A DNA stretch of 63,826 nt, filler included. It is 7 parts of 7 records of this genome, joined end to end, with 100 filler letters (N's around TTAATTAATTAA, not from the genome) between each part and the next. Parts side by side here need not be neighbours in the genome. Positions count along the whole stretch, not along the records: positions 1 to 7,930 come from SRR31147125_20109; positions 8,031 to 15,993 come from SRR31147125_20115; 5 more parts are not named here. One strand, given 5' to 3'. Shown piece by piece: positions 1 to 9,507 of the stretch; the stretch's first letter is position 1; the number at the start of each line of letters is the position of its first letter. The position numbers and the translations under genes were made by a program. Under the pieces are notes generated by a model. The model was not told the origin of the DNA and searched no databases. It saw only the letters and a program-made list of their open reading frames with translations.

Positions 1-202
1 AAATCAACAACCTACGCCGCAAGCGGATGAGGTATGGTGTCGCAAAAAACCGCTGCGACAGTTTCTGACTATCGACATTTAAAGAATATATTTTGTACAG
101 GCACTCCCTGTAATTGTCCTGCAAAATCTATGCAGATACAGGGAGCTACTCTTATATTCGATCGAACGTAAGGTTCGTACGATGCAACTGCTTAGGTTGA
201 GT

Positions 203-1420
203 TTAAGCCGCTACTCTGAATATATTGGCAACCTCTTTCAAGGCTTTCACTAACATATCCACATCACTTTTTTGATTAAATACAGAGAAACTAGCACGAC
301 AACATCCAAATATCCCCATATGTTTCATCAGTGGTTGTGCGCAGTGATGACCTGTTCTAATAGCTACTTCATGGGCATCACATATCTGGCTCACATCATG
401 TGGGTGTACTCCTTTTATGTTAAAAGATAGAATTGGTGTTTTCTCTATATTTTTATAGTGATAAAGTATTACGAAATCCAGGTTTGATAGTTGTTCGATT
501 GCATAATCAAGTATCTCATGTTCTCGTTTAGCTATATTTGCTATTCCTAAGTCATCTACAAAATCAAGTGCAGCCTTCAAACCAACTGAGCATTCTACAC
601 TTTGGGTTCCACCTTCAAATTTACCAAAGTCCCGTTTGTATGTTGATTCTGCTTCCTCCACAAACTCTATCATATCACCGCCAAACATGTATGGGGGTAG
701 CTTTTTGATAAGTTTTTCTCTCATGTAGAGGACACCTATTCCAACAGGCCCGAATACCTTATGAGCAGAAAATATTGCTATATCAACATCCAGTTCCTTT
801 ACATCAATTTTGGTATGAGCTATACTTTGACAAATATCAAGTATCACTATTGCTTCTGTTTTCTCTCTGACTCTTGATATCACCTCTTTGGGATTATGCA
901 GAATCCCCGTTGCATTTACGCCATGAGAAAATGTAACTATCTTTACACTTTCGTCTAGTTTGCTCTCCAGATCTGCATAGTCAAACTCGCCATCTTCAGT
1001 AAGGTAGATATATTGGAGATTCAAATTTTTCTCTTTTCTTAACTCCTGCCAGGGAACTATATTAGAGTGGTGACTAGATATCCCAACTAATATTGTATCT
1101 CCCTCTTTTAAAAATTTCCCATAGGTAGTAGCTACCAAGTTAAAAGCTTCTGTTGCACTTTTAGTAAATATTATTTCATCATGAGTACCGTTTATAAATT
1201 CAGCTACTCTTGTTTTTGATTCGTTGTAGATCTTGGTTGCTTCTATACTTAGTTTATATGCTCCTCTGTTTGGACTGGCATTGTATTTCATATTGTATTC
1301 GTACATTGCGTCAATTACTTTTTTAGGTTTTTGGCATGTAGCAGCACTATCAAGATATACCAGATTTTTATGATAATCAAATATAGAAAATTCTTTTTTA
1401 TAATCAACTTTATTTTTCAT
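203..1420 (-). CDS. sufS: SufS-type cysteine desulfurase
   Basis: YLDSAAT, PLP-Lys motif FSAHK and catalytic RTGHHCAQP; last gene of the suf cluster. Confidence 0.95.
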   Translation of the reverse strand: MKNKVDYKKEFSIFDYHKNLVYLDSAATCQKPKKVIDAMYEYNMKYNASPNRGAYKLSIEATKIYNESKTRVAEFINGTHDEIIFTKSATEAFNLVATTYGKFLKEGDTILVGISSHHSNIVPWQELRKEKNLNLQYIYLTEDGEFDYADLESKLDESVKIVTFSHGVNATGILHNPKEVISRVREKTEAIVILDICQSIAHTKIDVKELDVDIAIFSAHKVFGPVGIGVLYMREKLIKKLPPYMFGGDMIEFVEEAESTYKRDFGKFEGGTQSVECSVGLKAALDFVDDLGIANIAKREHEILDYAIEQLSNLDFVILYHYKNIEKTPILSFNIKGVHPHDVSQICDAHEVAIRTGHHCAQPLMKHMGIFGCCRASFSVFNQKSDVDMLVKALKEVANIFRVAA

Positions 1421-1430
1421 TTTAATCCTC

Positions 1431-2501
1431 CTATACCCTTCTCTCTATCTCTTCCGCCACAGCTTCCTCCAGTTCTTTATCACCTATTTTTTCCAGTATT
1501 GGTTTAAATGAAGACATAATCACCAGTTTTTCAGCTTCTTTTTGGTTAAGACCTCTGCTTGTCAGGTAAAATAGCTTGTTTTGATCAATAGAACCTGCAC
1601 TTGCGGCATGCTCACCTATTACATCATCTTCGTCACATAGTAACGTTGGTATGGAGTCGGCTTTTACTGTTTTATCAAGAAGAAGGGCATACTCTTCCTC
1701 TCTTCCTTTTGATTTAGTAGAGCCTTGTTCAAATTTCAGATTACCTCTAAACACTTTTTTTGCTCTATCTTTAACTATTCCTCTTCCCTCTATTGTACTC
1801 TCACTTCTTCTACCTTTGTGAAATACAGAGTATTCCAAATCAACTACTCTTTCACCGTCAGCCAGATAGATTGAGTATGTTTCACTTTTGGCACTTTCAC
1901 CTATATAAACTCTGTTGCTATTGCTGGCAACCTGCCCTCCCAGCTCAATGAAATACTCTTTTACATGGGAATCTCTGGCTGCATCAACTACCGCAGAGCT
2001 AAAACTATCTGTATCTAGAGAGGTTCTTTGCACAAATATAATATTTACATCTGCTCTTTCGCCAACTTTCAGCAAAAATACTGAGTTTCTGACTGCTCTT
2101 AAATCTTCGGCAGTTCTGTAGTCAAATAGGATGTTTCCCTGAGCATCATCGGCTATATTTAGATAGTTATAATCTATAATATCTTTGTTTTCTTTACTGT
2201 AAGTAAATTTTACTCTGAAGTTTTTTCCTTTTATATCCAAATAATAGCCTGAATTAAAATATGTCTCATTCAATAGTTTGGTATATGTATCTATCCCAAC
2301 CCTTGTATCATTGGCTATATCTTCCATCTCTATTGCCCTATACTCTATACTCCCCTCTATCTCAACTTTTGACTTGGCTTTACTTGTGTATTTGGCACGA
2401 GGTACAAATTCAAAACCTGTTCTTTTCCAATTAGAGGGAGCTAATTTATTTAATTCCTCTTTTTTATATTTACTTATTATCTCATTTTTCATCTGCATCA
2501 C
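1431..2501 (-). CDS. sufD: Fe-S cluster assembly protein SufD
   Basis: SufBD beta-helix family C-terminus (PTLLCDEDDVIGEHAASAG, LFYLTSRG); lies between sufB and sufS. Confidence 0.9.
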   Translation of the reverse strand: MMQMKNEIISKYKKEELNKLAPSNWKRTGFEFVPRAKYTSKAKSKVEIEGSIEYRAIEMEDIANDTRVGIDTYTKLLNETYFNSGYYLDIKGKNFRVKFTYSKENKDIIDYNYLNIADDAQGNILFDYRTAEDLRAVRNSVFLLKVGERADVNIIFVQRTSLDTDSFSSAVVDAARDSHVKEYFIELGGQVASNSNRVYIGESAKSETYSIYLADGERVVDLEYSVFHKGRRSESTIEGRGIVKDRAKKVFRGNLKFEQGSTKSKGREEEYALLLDKTVKADSIPTLLCDEDDVIGEHAASAGSIDQNKLFYLTSRGLNQKEAEKLVIMSSFKPILEKIGDKELEEAVAEEIERRV

Positions 2502-3901
2502 CCTATTGTTCCTTCAAGTTCTAATTTGATTAGATTGTTAAGCTCAACCGCGTACTCCAGAGGTAGTTCTTTTGATATTGGTTCAACGAAACCACGCACT
2601 ATCATAGCCTTGGCTTCCTCCTCTGATATACCTCTGCTCATTAGATAAAATATAGTTTCATCACTGATTCTACCAATTTTAGCTTCATGACCAATATCTA
2701 CATCGTCATTTAGAATATCTATTATAGGCACAGTATCAGACTTTGATATATTATCCAGCATCAGTGATTCACAATTAACATTGGCTTTTGAGCCGTGAGC
2801 ATTTGGCGCTATTCTAAGCAGACCTCTATAGAAAGCATGGCCTCCATTTTTAGAGATTGATTTTGAGTTAACAACTGAACTTGTGTTTGGTGCAGCATGC
2901 ACTACTTTTGCTCCAGTATCAAGATATTGCCCTGTTGAAGCAAATGTGATACCTGTAAACTCAGCTCTGGCATGTTCTCCTCTCAATATACTCATTGGAT
3001 AAAGCATACTTACTCTTGAACCAAATGAACCACTAACCCACTCAATAGTCCCGCCTTCATCAACAACACATCTTTTGGTATTCAAGTTATACATATTTCT
3101 AGACCAGTTCTCTATGGTTGAATATCTAAGTTTTCCATTCTTTTTAACGAAGAGTTCTACTGCTCCTGCATGTAGTGCCTGACTGCTGTATTTGGGTGCC
3201 GAGCATCCTTCGATAAAATGAAGGCTCGCACCCTCCTCTACTATTATAAGCGTGTGCTCGAACTGCCCTGCTCCTTTTGCGTTCAGTCTAAAGTATGATT
3301 GCAGTGGAAGTTCCACATGTACACCTTTTGGCACATACACAAATGAACCTCCAGACCAAACTGCACCGTGAAGAGCAGCAAACTTATGATCATTCATTCT
3401 AATAAGAGTCATAAAATACTCTTTAACTATATCTTCGTGGTCTTTTAAAGCTGTTTCTATATCAGTATAGATAACACCCAGCTCCTCCAGATGTTTGTTT
3501 ACATTATGATAAACTACTTCCGAGTCATATTGCGCTCCGACCCCTGCTAGTGATTTTTTTTCTGCTTCAGGGATTCCCAGTCTATCGAAAGTTTCCTTGA
3601 TATAATCAGGAACATCATCCCAGTTCTCCTCCATATCTGCATTTGGTTTTACGTAATGAATTATACCATTAACATCCAGTTCACTAAGATTAGCTCCCCA
3701 TGTTGGCATAGGTCTCTTGTTGTAACACTCCAGTGATTTAAGTCTATGCTCGAGCATCCATTGGGGTTCTCCTTTCTCCTTACTTATCTCTCGCACTATA
3801 TCCTCTGACAAACCTTGCTCGGTAGTGAACTTATGGTCTTCTCTATCTATGATGTCATATATTCCTCTATCTATGTCTGCAACGTATGTTTTCTCAGCCA
3901 T
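2498..3901 (-). CDS. sufB: Fe-S cluster assembly protein SufB
   Basis: GVGAQYDSEVVY, GQFEHTLII, EGCSAP and LHAGAVE motifs. Confidence 0.97.
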   Translation of the reverse strand: MAEKTYVADIDRGIYDIIDREDHKFTTEQGLSEDIVREISKEKGEPQWMLEHRLKSLECYNKRPMPTWGANLSELDVNGIIHYVKPNADMEENWDDVPDYIKETFDRLGIPEAEKKSLAGVGAQYDSEVVYHNVNKHLEELGVIYTDIETALKDHEDIVKEYFMTLIRMNDHKFAALHGAVWSGGSFVYVPKGVHVELPLQSYFRLNAKGAGQFEHTLIIVEEGASLHFIEGCSAPKYSSQALHAGAVELFVKKNGKLRYSTIENWSRNMYNLNTKRCVVDEGGTIEWVSGSFGSRVSMLYPMSILRGEHARAEFTGITFASTGQYLDTGAKVVHAAPNTSSVVNSKSISKNGGHAFYRGLLRIAPNAHGSKANVNCESLMLDNISKSDTVPIIDILNDDVDIGHEAKIGRISDETIFYLMSRGISEEEAKAMIVRGFVEPISKELPLEYAVELNNLIKLELEGTIG

Positions 3902-3912
3902 AACTCCACCTC

Positions 3913-4655
3913 CTAACTAGCAAACTCTTTTTTAATCTCTTCATAACCTTTGGCTTCTATCTCATGTGCCAACTCTAAACCGCCACTTTTTACTATCTCT
4001 CCGTTATATAGGATATGAACATGATCTGGCTCCAGATACTGCAATACTTTATCATAATGAGTAATTATAATGATTGCGTTATTTTCTGTTTTTAGCTGTT
4101 TCACACCCTCATACACGACTTTGATAGCATCAACATCAAGACCTGAATCTGTTTCATCCAAAATTGCAACTTTTGGTTCTAATACAGCCATTTGAAGTAT
4201 CTCATTTTTTTCTTCTCACCACCTGAAAACCCTACATTTAGGTATCTGTCAGCATAAGTTTTATCTATATGAAGCTCCTCCATCTTTTTCTCAAGTGATT
4301 TTCTAAATTTAAAAAAAGATTGTTTTTCTCCTGTAATAGAGTTTTTAGCTGTTCTCAAAAAATCCTCCACTGTTACTCCCGGTATCTCCTCAGGATATTG
4401 AAATGAGAGAAACATCCCCGCTTTTGCCCTCTCATCTGCACGAAGCTCATTAAGTGATTCACCGTTTAGCAAAACTTCCCCATCAATCTGCTCATGTTTC
4501 GGGTGTCCCATCAGTACATTACCAAGCGTGGATTTACCTGCTCCGTTAGGCCCCATTATTACATGAACCTCACCTCTGTTTACCTGTAGATTTAAACCTC
4601 TTAATATCTCTTTATCTTCAACTTTGCTCTTTAGATTCTTTATTTCTAACAACAT
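3913..4655 (-). CDS. sufC: Fe-S cluster assembly ATPase SufC, split by a 1-nt frameshift in an A-run near 4205
   Basis: Walker A GPNGAGKST and FSGGEKK in one frame, ILDETDSGLD in the next; one extra A restores GGEKKKNEILQMAVLEP; GGAGG RBS before ATG 4655. Confidence 0.92.
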
Positions 4656-4682
4656 TGTTCTTCCTCCTGTGATCCTTACAAA

Positions 4683-4707
4683 ATTCTTTACTGATATAGT
4701 CAAGTAT
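4683..4707 (-). promoter_or_regulatory. IscR type-1-like (Rrf2 family) operator upstream of the suf operon
   Basis: Minus strand reads ATACTTGACTATATCAGTAAAGAAT, 23/25 to the recalled consensus ATASYYGACTRWWWYAGTCRRSTAT; just downstream of a TTGACT/TAAAAT promoter. Confidence 0.6.
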
Positions 4708-4997
4708 ATCTTCACTTGTATTTTACGCCTATTTATCAACCAAGTCAAGCTTTACGGCGATAATATTTTTTGATATTCAAACTATTTTCAGTTAGTAAGA
4801 AAAAGTCCAATGTTATCTATATTAATGAAGTGGCTAATAACAATAAATTTCTGAATGCCGGGCGAATTGATTTCGTTTTAGGGACTGATATAACTAATGG
4901 TTATCAAGGAAAAAACTCTTTATTAATAATATGATTTAACTTTATCAGTGAAAGAAAAATTTGTAAGCTATACTTTTAAAAAAATAAGAAAAAGTCA

Positions 4998-5097
4998 TTG
5001 ACTTTATTTAAACATGTAACTATAATGGTTACATGAATGAAAGTTTAATAATGCCAAAAATGAAAACTTATCACCCCATGTAACTGATGTAGTTACA
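4998..5097 (+). promoter_or_regulatory. Sigma70 promoter with two TGTAAC-N7-GTTACA operators
   Basis: TTGACT(4998)-17 bp-TATAAT(5021); palindromes CATGTAAC-TATAATG-GTTACATG at 5013-5035 and TGTAAC-TGATGTA-GTTACA at 5079-5097. Confidence 0.75.
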
Positions 5098-5116
5098 ACT
5101 TTAAAGGAGAAAAATA

Positions 5117-5716
5117 ATGAATATTTTAATAATTGGGTCGACTGGAAGAGCAGGTTCGAGAATCGTAAATGAAGCAAAAGAGAGAGGGCATAATGTCATA
5201 GCTATTTCTCGAAGTGAAAAACATGGTTTAGCAAAAAGTTTATGGGATCTTACAACAGATGATTTAAAAAACATAGATGTTTTAATTTCAGCATTTGGAA
5301 CACGAGAAGATCAAGCATTACACTTGGAAGTAGCAAAGTTTTTAGATAAACTAATGTTAGAAGTTAACAAACCATGGTATGTAGTAGGAGGGGCTGGAAG
5401 TCTTTATATAGATGAAAACACTAGACTAGTAGATTCGAAAGATTTTGAAAAATCTCATTATGTTGTTGCAGCAGCTATGAAAAAAGGGCTGGATTATCTA
5501 CAAGCAGAGGGAAAATCTAAGTGGAGTTATTTTAGTCCAGCGGCAATGTTTGCACCTGGAGAAAAAACAGGAAAATATATACTTGGAGGAGATCAACTGC
5601 TAACAAATGAATCTGGGGAAAGCTACATAAGTATGGAAGATTATGCAGTTGCTATGTTAGATGTAGCAGAAGAAGGAAAATATATTAGAAAAAGATTTAC
5701 AATTGTACAGAAATAA
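5117..5716 (+). CDS. NAD(P)-dependent oxidoreductase, YwnB-like (NAD(P)-binding flavin reductase family)
   Basis: Rossmann GSTGRAG, VVGGAGSL, and SYISMEDYAVAMLD. Confidence 0.85.
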   Translation: MNILIIGSTGRAGSRIVNEAKERGHNVIAISRSEKHGLAKSLWDLTTDDLKNIDVLISAFGTREDQALHLEVAKFLDKLMLEVNKPWYVVGGAGSLYIDENTRLVDSKDFEKSHYVVAAAMKKGLDYLQAEGKSKWSYFSPAAMFAPGEKTGKYILGGDQLLTNESGESYISMEDYAVAMLDVAEEGKYIRKRFTIVQK

Positions 5717-5786
5717 TTGAATATTTTTTTATGGCATTTAGACTATTTCTTTACCTTATAAGGTTGAATTAATTGAAATAATTAAT

Positions 5787-5837
5787 AAAAATAGAGGATA
5801 ACTTAGATAATATTTACTCTATTTATCCTCTATTTTT
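5787..5837. terminator. Probable bidirectional terminator between convergent genes
   Basis: Inverted repeat AAAAATAGAGGATAA ... TTATCCTCTATTTTT. Confidence 0.55.
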
Positions 5838-5853
5838 TGATAAAACTATTTCT

Positions 5854-7836
5854 CTATTCTTTGAAAATAGATATTAATTTATTTTCAAAATCAGAAACCA
5901 AAACTCTGTTCCCGTAAGCACTTAAATGATCACCATCAAAAAATAGTGATTTTCCATCTTCTTTTGCTTGTTTTTCACTGTTTGCTAAGATAAAAAACGG
6001 ATCCCATATATACACACTACTAAAGTTATTATCTAACATCTCCAGAGATTCCATTACAGGTTTTCTTAATTTTAGCAATAACTCCTTATCAATATCAAGC
6101 CCTGGTTTTGCAAGGGAGTTATTTTTGTTAAACCAATCTGACGAGCGATAAGGTGCTGCTTTTAACACTGGTTTAGGTGCATCAATTAGGATCTTTGCTC
6201 CCAAAGCTTCAAACTCTTTAATTATTTGAGTAGCTTCTTTAAGAGCTCTCTTTCTCTCTTCAACAGCAGTTTCACTAAAGTGTTCTTTTATAATTTCATC
6301 TTGATCTATCACCTCAAATGCATCACAAAGTTCCGGCATTCGAAGTGAAGCTAAAAATACAATATCTCCAGGTTTAATCGCCTCTTTTATCTGTGCAAAA
6401 GAGTTTTCATAAAAAGCTTTACTTGCTGAATCGTCATCCGCTGCTTTTAAAATATTGCAAACTATGGCTCCTCCCTGTTCAAACTCATAAACTTTAATTT
6501 TTAAATCTTTTTCTGCTATAGTAAGCATTGTTCTATATGCAGCAGTATGAGAATCTCCTAAAACAAATATTTGTTTTCCATTTACGTCATTATCAAATAT
6601 TTTTTGTTCTCTTTTTTCATATTTAAATTTGTATGCATGCCAGTTATAAGTATCTTTTGTTACACTCAAGCTAAGAATCTCTCTGTTTTTATCAATATAA
6701 TATGAAGTAAAAAATGATAAAAAAATAGTTAAAACTCCACTTAATATTAATTTATAATTTTTTTGTTTTAATAAAGTTTGATTATATCTAACAGGTTTTT
6801 CAATTAAATGATAAGAGAGTGTTGCCAAAGCAAAAGACAGGATTAAATATAAACTTTTTTGCAGCAAGGTCTCAAATCCAATTGTCCACCTTAGTAATAC
6901 TGCTACAGGCCAGTGCCAGAGATATAGTGAAAAAGAGATTCTACCAATATAACTTATTAATTTTGACTTAAATATGCGAATTAGCATTGTTGACTCTTTC
7001 TCTTCATATATAAGGCCACTGATTAACAACACCGTTCCCAATACAGGTAAAACAGCAAATGGATAAGGAAATCTATCTCTTGTAGAAAATGCAAACGAAG
7101 TATAAATCATTAAAATACCTGTAATTGACAAGAGATTTGACACTAATTTTGATTTCGCCTTACACAGGTTATCGAAGTGAAGCATAAATAATAACACTCC
7201 AATCATTAATTCCCAAAGCCTGTTTGGCAATAAATAAAAAGCTTTACTCAGATCATTATTTCCAGTGATAATGCAAGATATAAAAGATCCTATACTTAAT
7301 AAAACTATTGATATTAAAGCTAAATTTCTATATTTTTTATTTTGATCTCTTGTTTTTAGCCAAAAATAATATAACACCGGGAAAATAACATAAAACTGTT
7401 CCTCAATACCTAATGACCAGGTATGAAGAAAGGGATTAAAATCCACCTTTGGATGAAAATAGCTATTATTATCTTTTAAAAGTTCAAAATTACTAATACC
7501 AAAAAATGCAGATAAACCTGTATTAGATATTGTTGAACTTAACCATGCAGAAGGTATAAACAAAGTTGAAAAAAACATTGTAACAACTAAACAAAAAGTT
7601 AAAGCCGGAACTATCCTGAGAACTCTTTTTTTGTAAAACTCTCCCAAATATTCCCAAAAGTTCATATTAGCTTTTTTTGCTAAACTCATACTAATGACAT
7701 ATCCTGAAACTACAAAAAATATGTCTACACCGGTGAAACCTCCTCTGAAAATAGAAGTGACTCCCATATGATAAATAATAACCGCTAGCACAGCTATCAT
7801 TCTGATTCCATCTATACTGGCTATATACTTCTTCAT
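5854..7836 (-). CDS. Acyltransferase_3 plus SGNH O-acyltransferase (OafA/OatA/YrhL family)
   Basis: IDGIRMIAV, GVDIFFVVSGY, HTWSLGIEEQFY and multiple TM helices; C-terminal GDSH and DGDH. Confidence 0.9.
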   Translation of the reverse strand: MKKYIASIDGIRMIAVLAVIIYHMGVTSIFRGGFTGVDIFFVVSGYVISMSLAKKANMNFWEYLGEFYKKRVLRIVPALTFCLVVTMFFSTLFIPSAWLSSTISNTGLSAFFGISNFELLKDNNSYFHPKVDFNPFLHTWSLGIEEQFYVIFPVLYYFWLKTRDQNKKYRNLALISIVLLSIGSFISCIITGNNDLSKAFYLLPNRLWELMIGVLLFMLHFDNLCKAKSKLVSNLLSITGILMIYTSFAFSTRDRFPYPFAVLPVLGTVLLISGLIYEEKESTMLIRIFKSKLISYIGRISFSLYLWHWPVAVLLRWTIGFETLLQKSLYLILSFALATLSYHLIEKPVRYNQTLLKQKNYKLILSGVLTIFLSFFTSYYIDKNREILSLSVTKDTYNWHAYKFKYEKREQKIFDNDVNGKQIFVLGDSHTAAYRTMLTIAEKDLKIKVYEFEQGGAIVCNILKAADDDSASKAFYENSFAQIKEAIKPGDIVFLASLRMPELCDAFEVIDQDEIIKEHFSETAVEERKRALKEATQIIKEFEALGAKILIDAPKPVLKAAPYRSSDWFNKNNSLAKPGLDIDKELLLKLRKPVMESLEMLDNNFSSVYIWDPFFILANSEKQAKEDGKSLFFDGDHLSAYGNRVLVSDFENKLISIFKE

Positions 7837-7930
7837 TATTTCATCTCTCCTTTTTGTTTTAGTTACTAACATAACTATTTTTGATCATATATACTATAAA
7901 ATAGTTATGTTACAGCTATGTTACAAAAAA

Positions 7931-8030
7931 NNNNNNNNNNNNNNNNNNNNNNNNNNNNNNNNNNNNNNNNNNNNTTAATTAATTAANNNNNNNNNNNNNN
8001 NNNNNNNNNNNNNNNNNNNNNNNNNNNNNN
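7931..8030. other. Artificial contig linker
   Basis: N44-TTAATTAATTAA-N44, with stops in all frames. Confidence 0.98.
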
Positions 8031-8578
8031 GTATTGCTGAAACTGAAAAATATGCTCACGTAACTTTCTTTTTCAGTGGAGGTCGCGAGGATGAGTATGA
8101 AGGTGAAAGCAGATTACTTGTTGCTTCTCCGAAAGTTGCAACTTACGATCTTCAGCCAGAAATGTCGGCACCAGAAGTTAGAGATACTATTGTTCCGAAA
8201 CTGGAAGCAGGTGCAGCAGATTTTGTTTGTTTGAACTTTGCAAATGGCGACATGGTAGGTCATACCGGAGTTTACGAAGCTGTTTGCAAAGCTGTTCAGG
8301 CTGTTGATGCTTGTGTTAAAGATGTTGTTACAGCTGCCCAAAAAGGTGGTTACGATGTTATGATTATTGCCGACCACGGGAATGCAGATAACGCAGTTAA
8401 TGCCGATGGTTCTGAAAATACAGCTCACTCGTTAAATCCTGTTCCTTGCATTTTTGTTACCGAAAAAGAAGGAATTGAATTAGATAACGGTATTTTGGCC
8501 GACGTTGCTCCAACCCTTTTAAGCGATATGGGCTTGGAAGTTCCTGCTGAAATGACAGGTAAGAACTTGATTAAGTAG
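8031..8578 (+). CDS. gpmI: 2,3-bisphosphoglycerate-independent phosphoglycerate mutase, 5'-truncated
   Basis: [35 protein letters not shown] and TAHSLNPVP. Confidence 0.95.
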
Positions 8579-8598
8579 TATAGCAATTGATACAAATT

Positions 8599-8660
8599 GT
8601 CATTCCTGCGAAGGCAGGAATCCCATCATAAACATGGGATTCCCACTTTCGTGGGAATGA
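8599..8660. repeat. REP/RPE-like palindromic element (dRS3-like ATTCC-N-GGAAT cores)
   Basis: GTCATTCCTGCGAAGGCAGGAATCCC ... GGGATTCCCACTTTCGTGGGAATGA, two inverted hairpin units. Confidence 0.7.
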
Positions 8661-8691
8661 TAATTCTTTTTTGGCAGGATAAAAAATAGGA

Positions 8692-9267
8692 TTGATGGTT
8701 GAAATCGGACGTGCAATAGTAAGCGATGATATTTTTGAGAAACATTTCCTTTGCGATATTACAAAATGCAAAGGAGCTTGTTGTATTGAAGGAGACTCTG
8801 GTGCTCCGCTAACCGATGAAGAAGCCATTTTTATAGAAGAAGAATACCACACCTTTGAAAACTTGCTTCCCGTGAATCATAAAAGGGAAGTTGAAAAGCA
8901 AGGCTACTCGCTTATCGACAGCGATGGCGATTTGGTAACTCCGCTTGTAAACGATCGTCAGTGTGTATATTCTTATTATAATGACCAGGGAATTTTGAAA
9001 TGTGCCATTGAAAAAGCCTATTTCGAAGGGAAAACAAAATTTCGCAAACCTATTTCCTGTCATCTTTTCCCCATTCGTATTACCGAATACAAACGTTTTG
9101 ATGCTGTAAACTACCAACTTGATATCTGCAAGTCCGGTCGCAAATGCGGCAAAGTTGAGAAACTTCCCCTTTATAAATTTTTGAAAGAGCCACTTGCCAA
9201 AAAATACGGTGAAGAGTGGTACAAAGAATTAGAGATTGCTGCTGAGCATCTGTTCGTGGAAAAATAG
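8692..9267 (+). CDS. DUF3109 family Cys-rich protein
   Basis: CKGACCIEGDSGAPL, CAIEKAY and KPISCHLFPIR; commonly next to gpmI in Bacteroidetes. Confidence 0.85.
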   Translation: MMVEIGRAIVSDDIFEKHFLCDITKCKGACCIEGDSGAPLTDEEAIFIEEEYHTFENLLPVNHKREVEKQGYSLIDSDGDLVTPLVNDRQCVYSYYNDQGILKCAIEKAYFEGKTKFRKPISCHLFPIRITEYKRFDAVNYQLDICKSGRKCGKVEKLPLYKFLKEPLAKKYGEEWYKELEIAAEHLFVEK

Positions 9268-9300
9268 GTTGTATTTTATCAGACAAAAAACTCTTTATTT

Positions 9301-9427
9301 TGTCCCGAAATCGACAATTGTCCCTAATGATGGAAAAGTGTCCCGGCGTGGGACATGGTTGCTTTGTTGTGCGGTATTGTAATATTTTGATTTACAACTT
9401 GTTGTGTTTTTTGGCACACCGATTGCT
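9301..9427 (+). promoter_or_regulatory. Sigma54-dependent promoter with upstream activator sites and an IHF-like site
   Basis: TGGCAC-N5-TTGCT at 9412-9427; palindrome TGTCCC-N5-GGGACA at 9339-9355 plus TGTCCC copies at 9301 and 9319; WATCAA-N4-TTR on the minus strand at 9380-9392. Confidence 0.75.
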
Positions 9428-9507
9428 TTTGTAAAAGCGTATCCGACCCTATGGATACAACAGCTTTTTGAAGATTAAAATATTACAAACAAATAAACAA
9501 CAACATC

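Noticed and set aside
4195-4215. Programmed ribosomal frameshift or phase variation in sufC
   Set aside because: Conserved Fe-S assembly gene; the same 1-nt homopolymer loss recurs in many unrelated genes in this window
7931-8030. TTAATTAATTAA recurring six times as a biological repeat, and gene linkage across it
   Set aside because: Artificial scaffold linker; GC content and gene types change abruptly at each one
8571-8852. 93-aa minus-strand ORF containing GIPAFAGMT
   Set aside because: Translation of the palindromic repeat plus antisense of DUF3109
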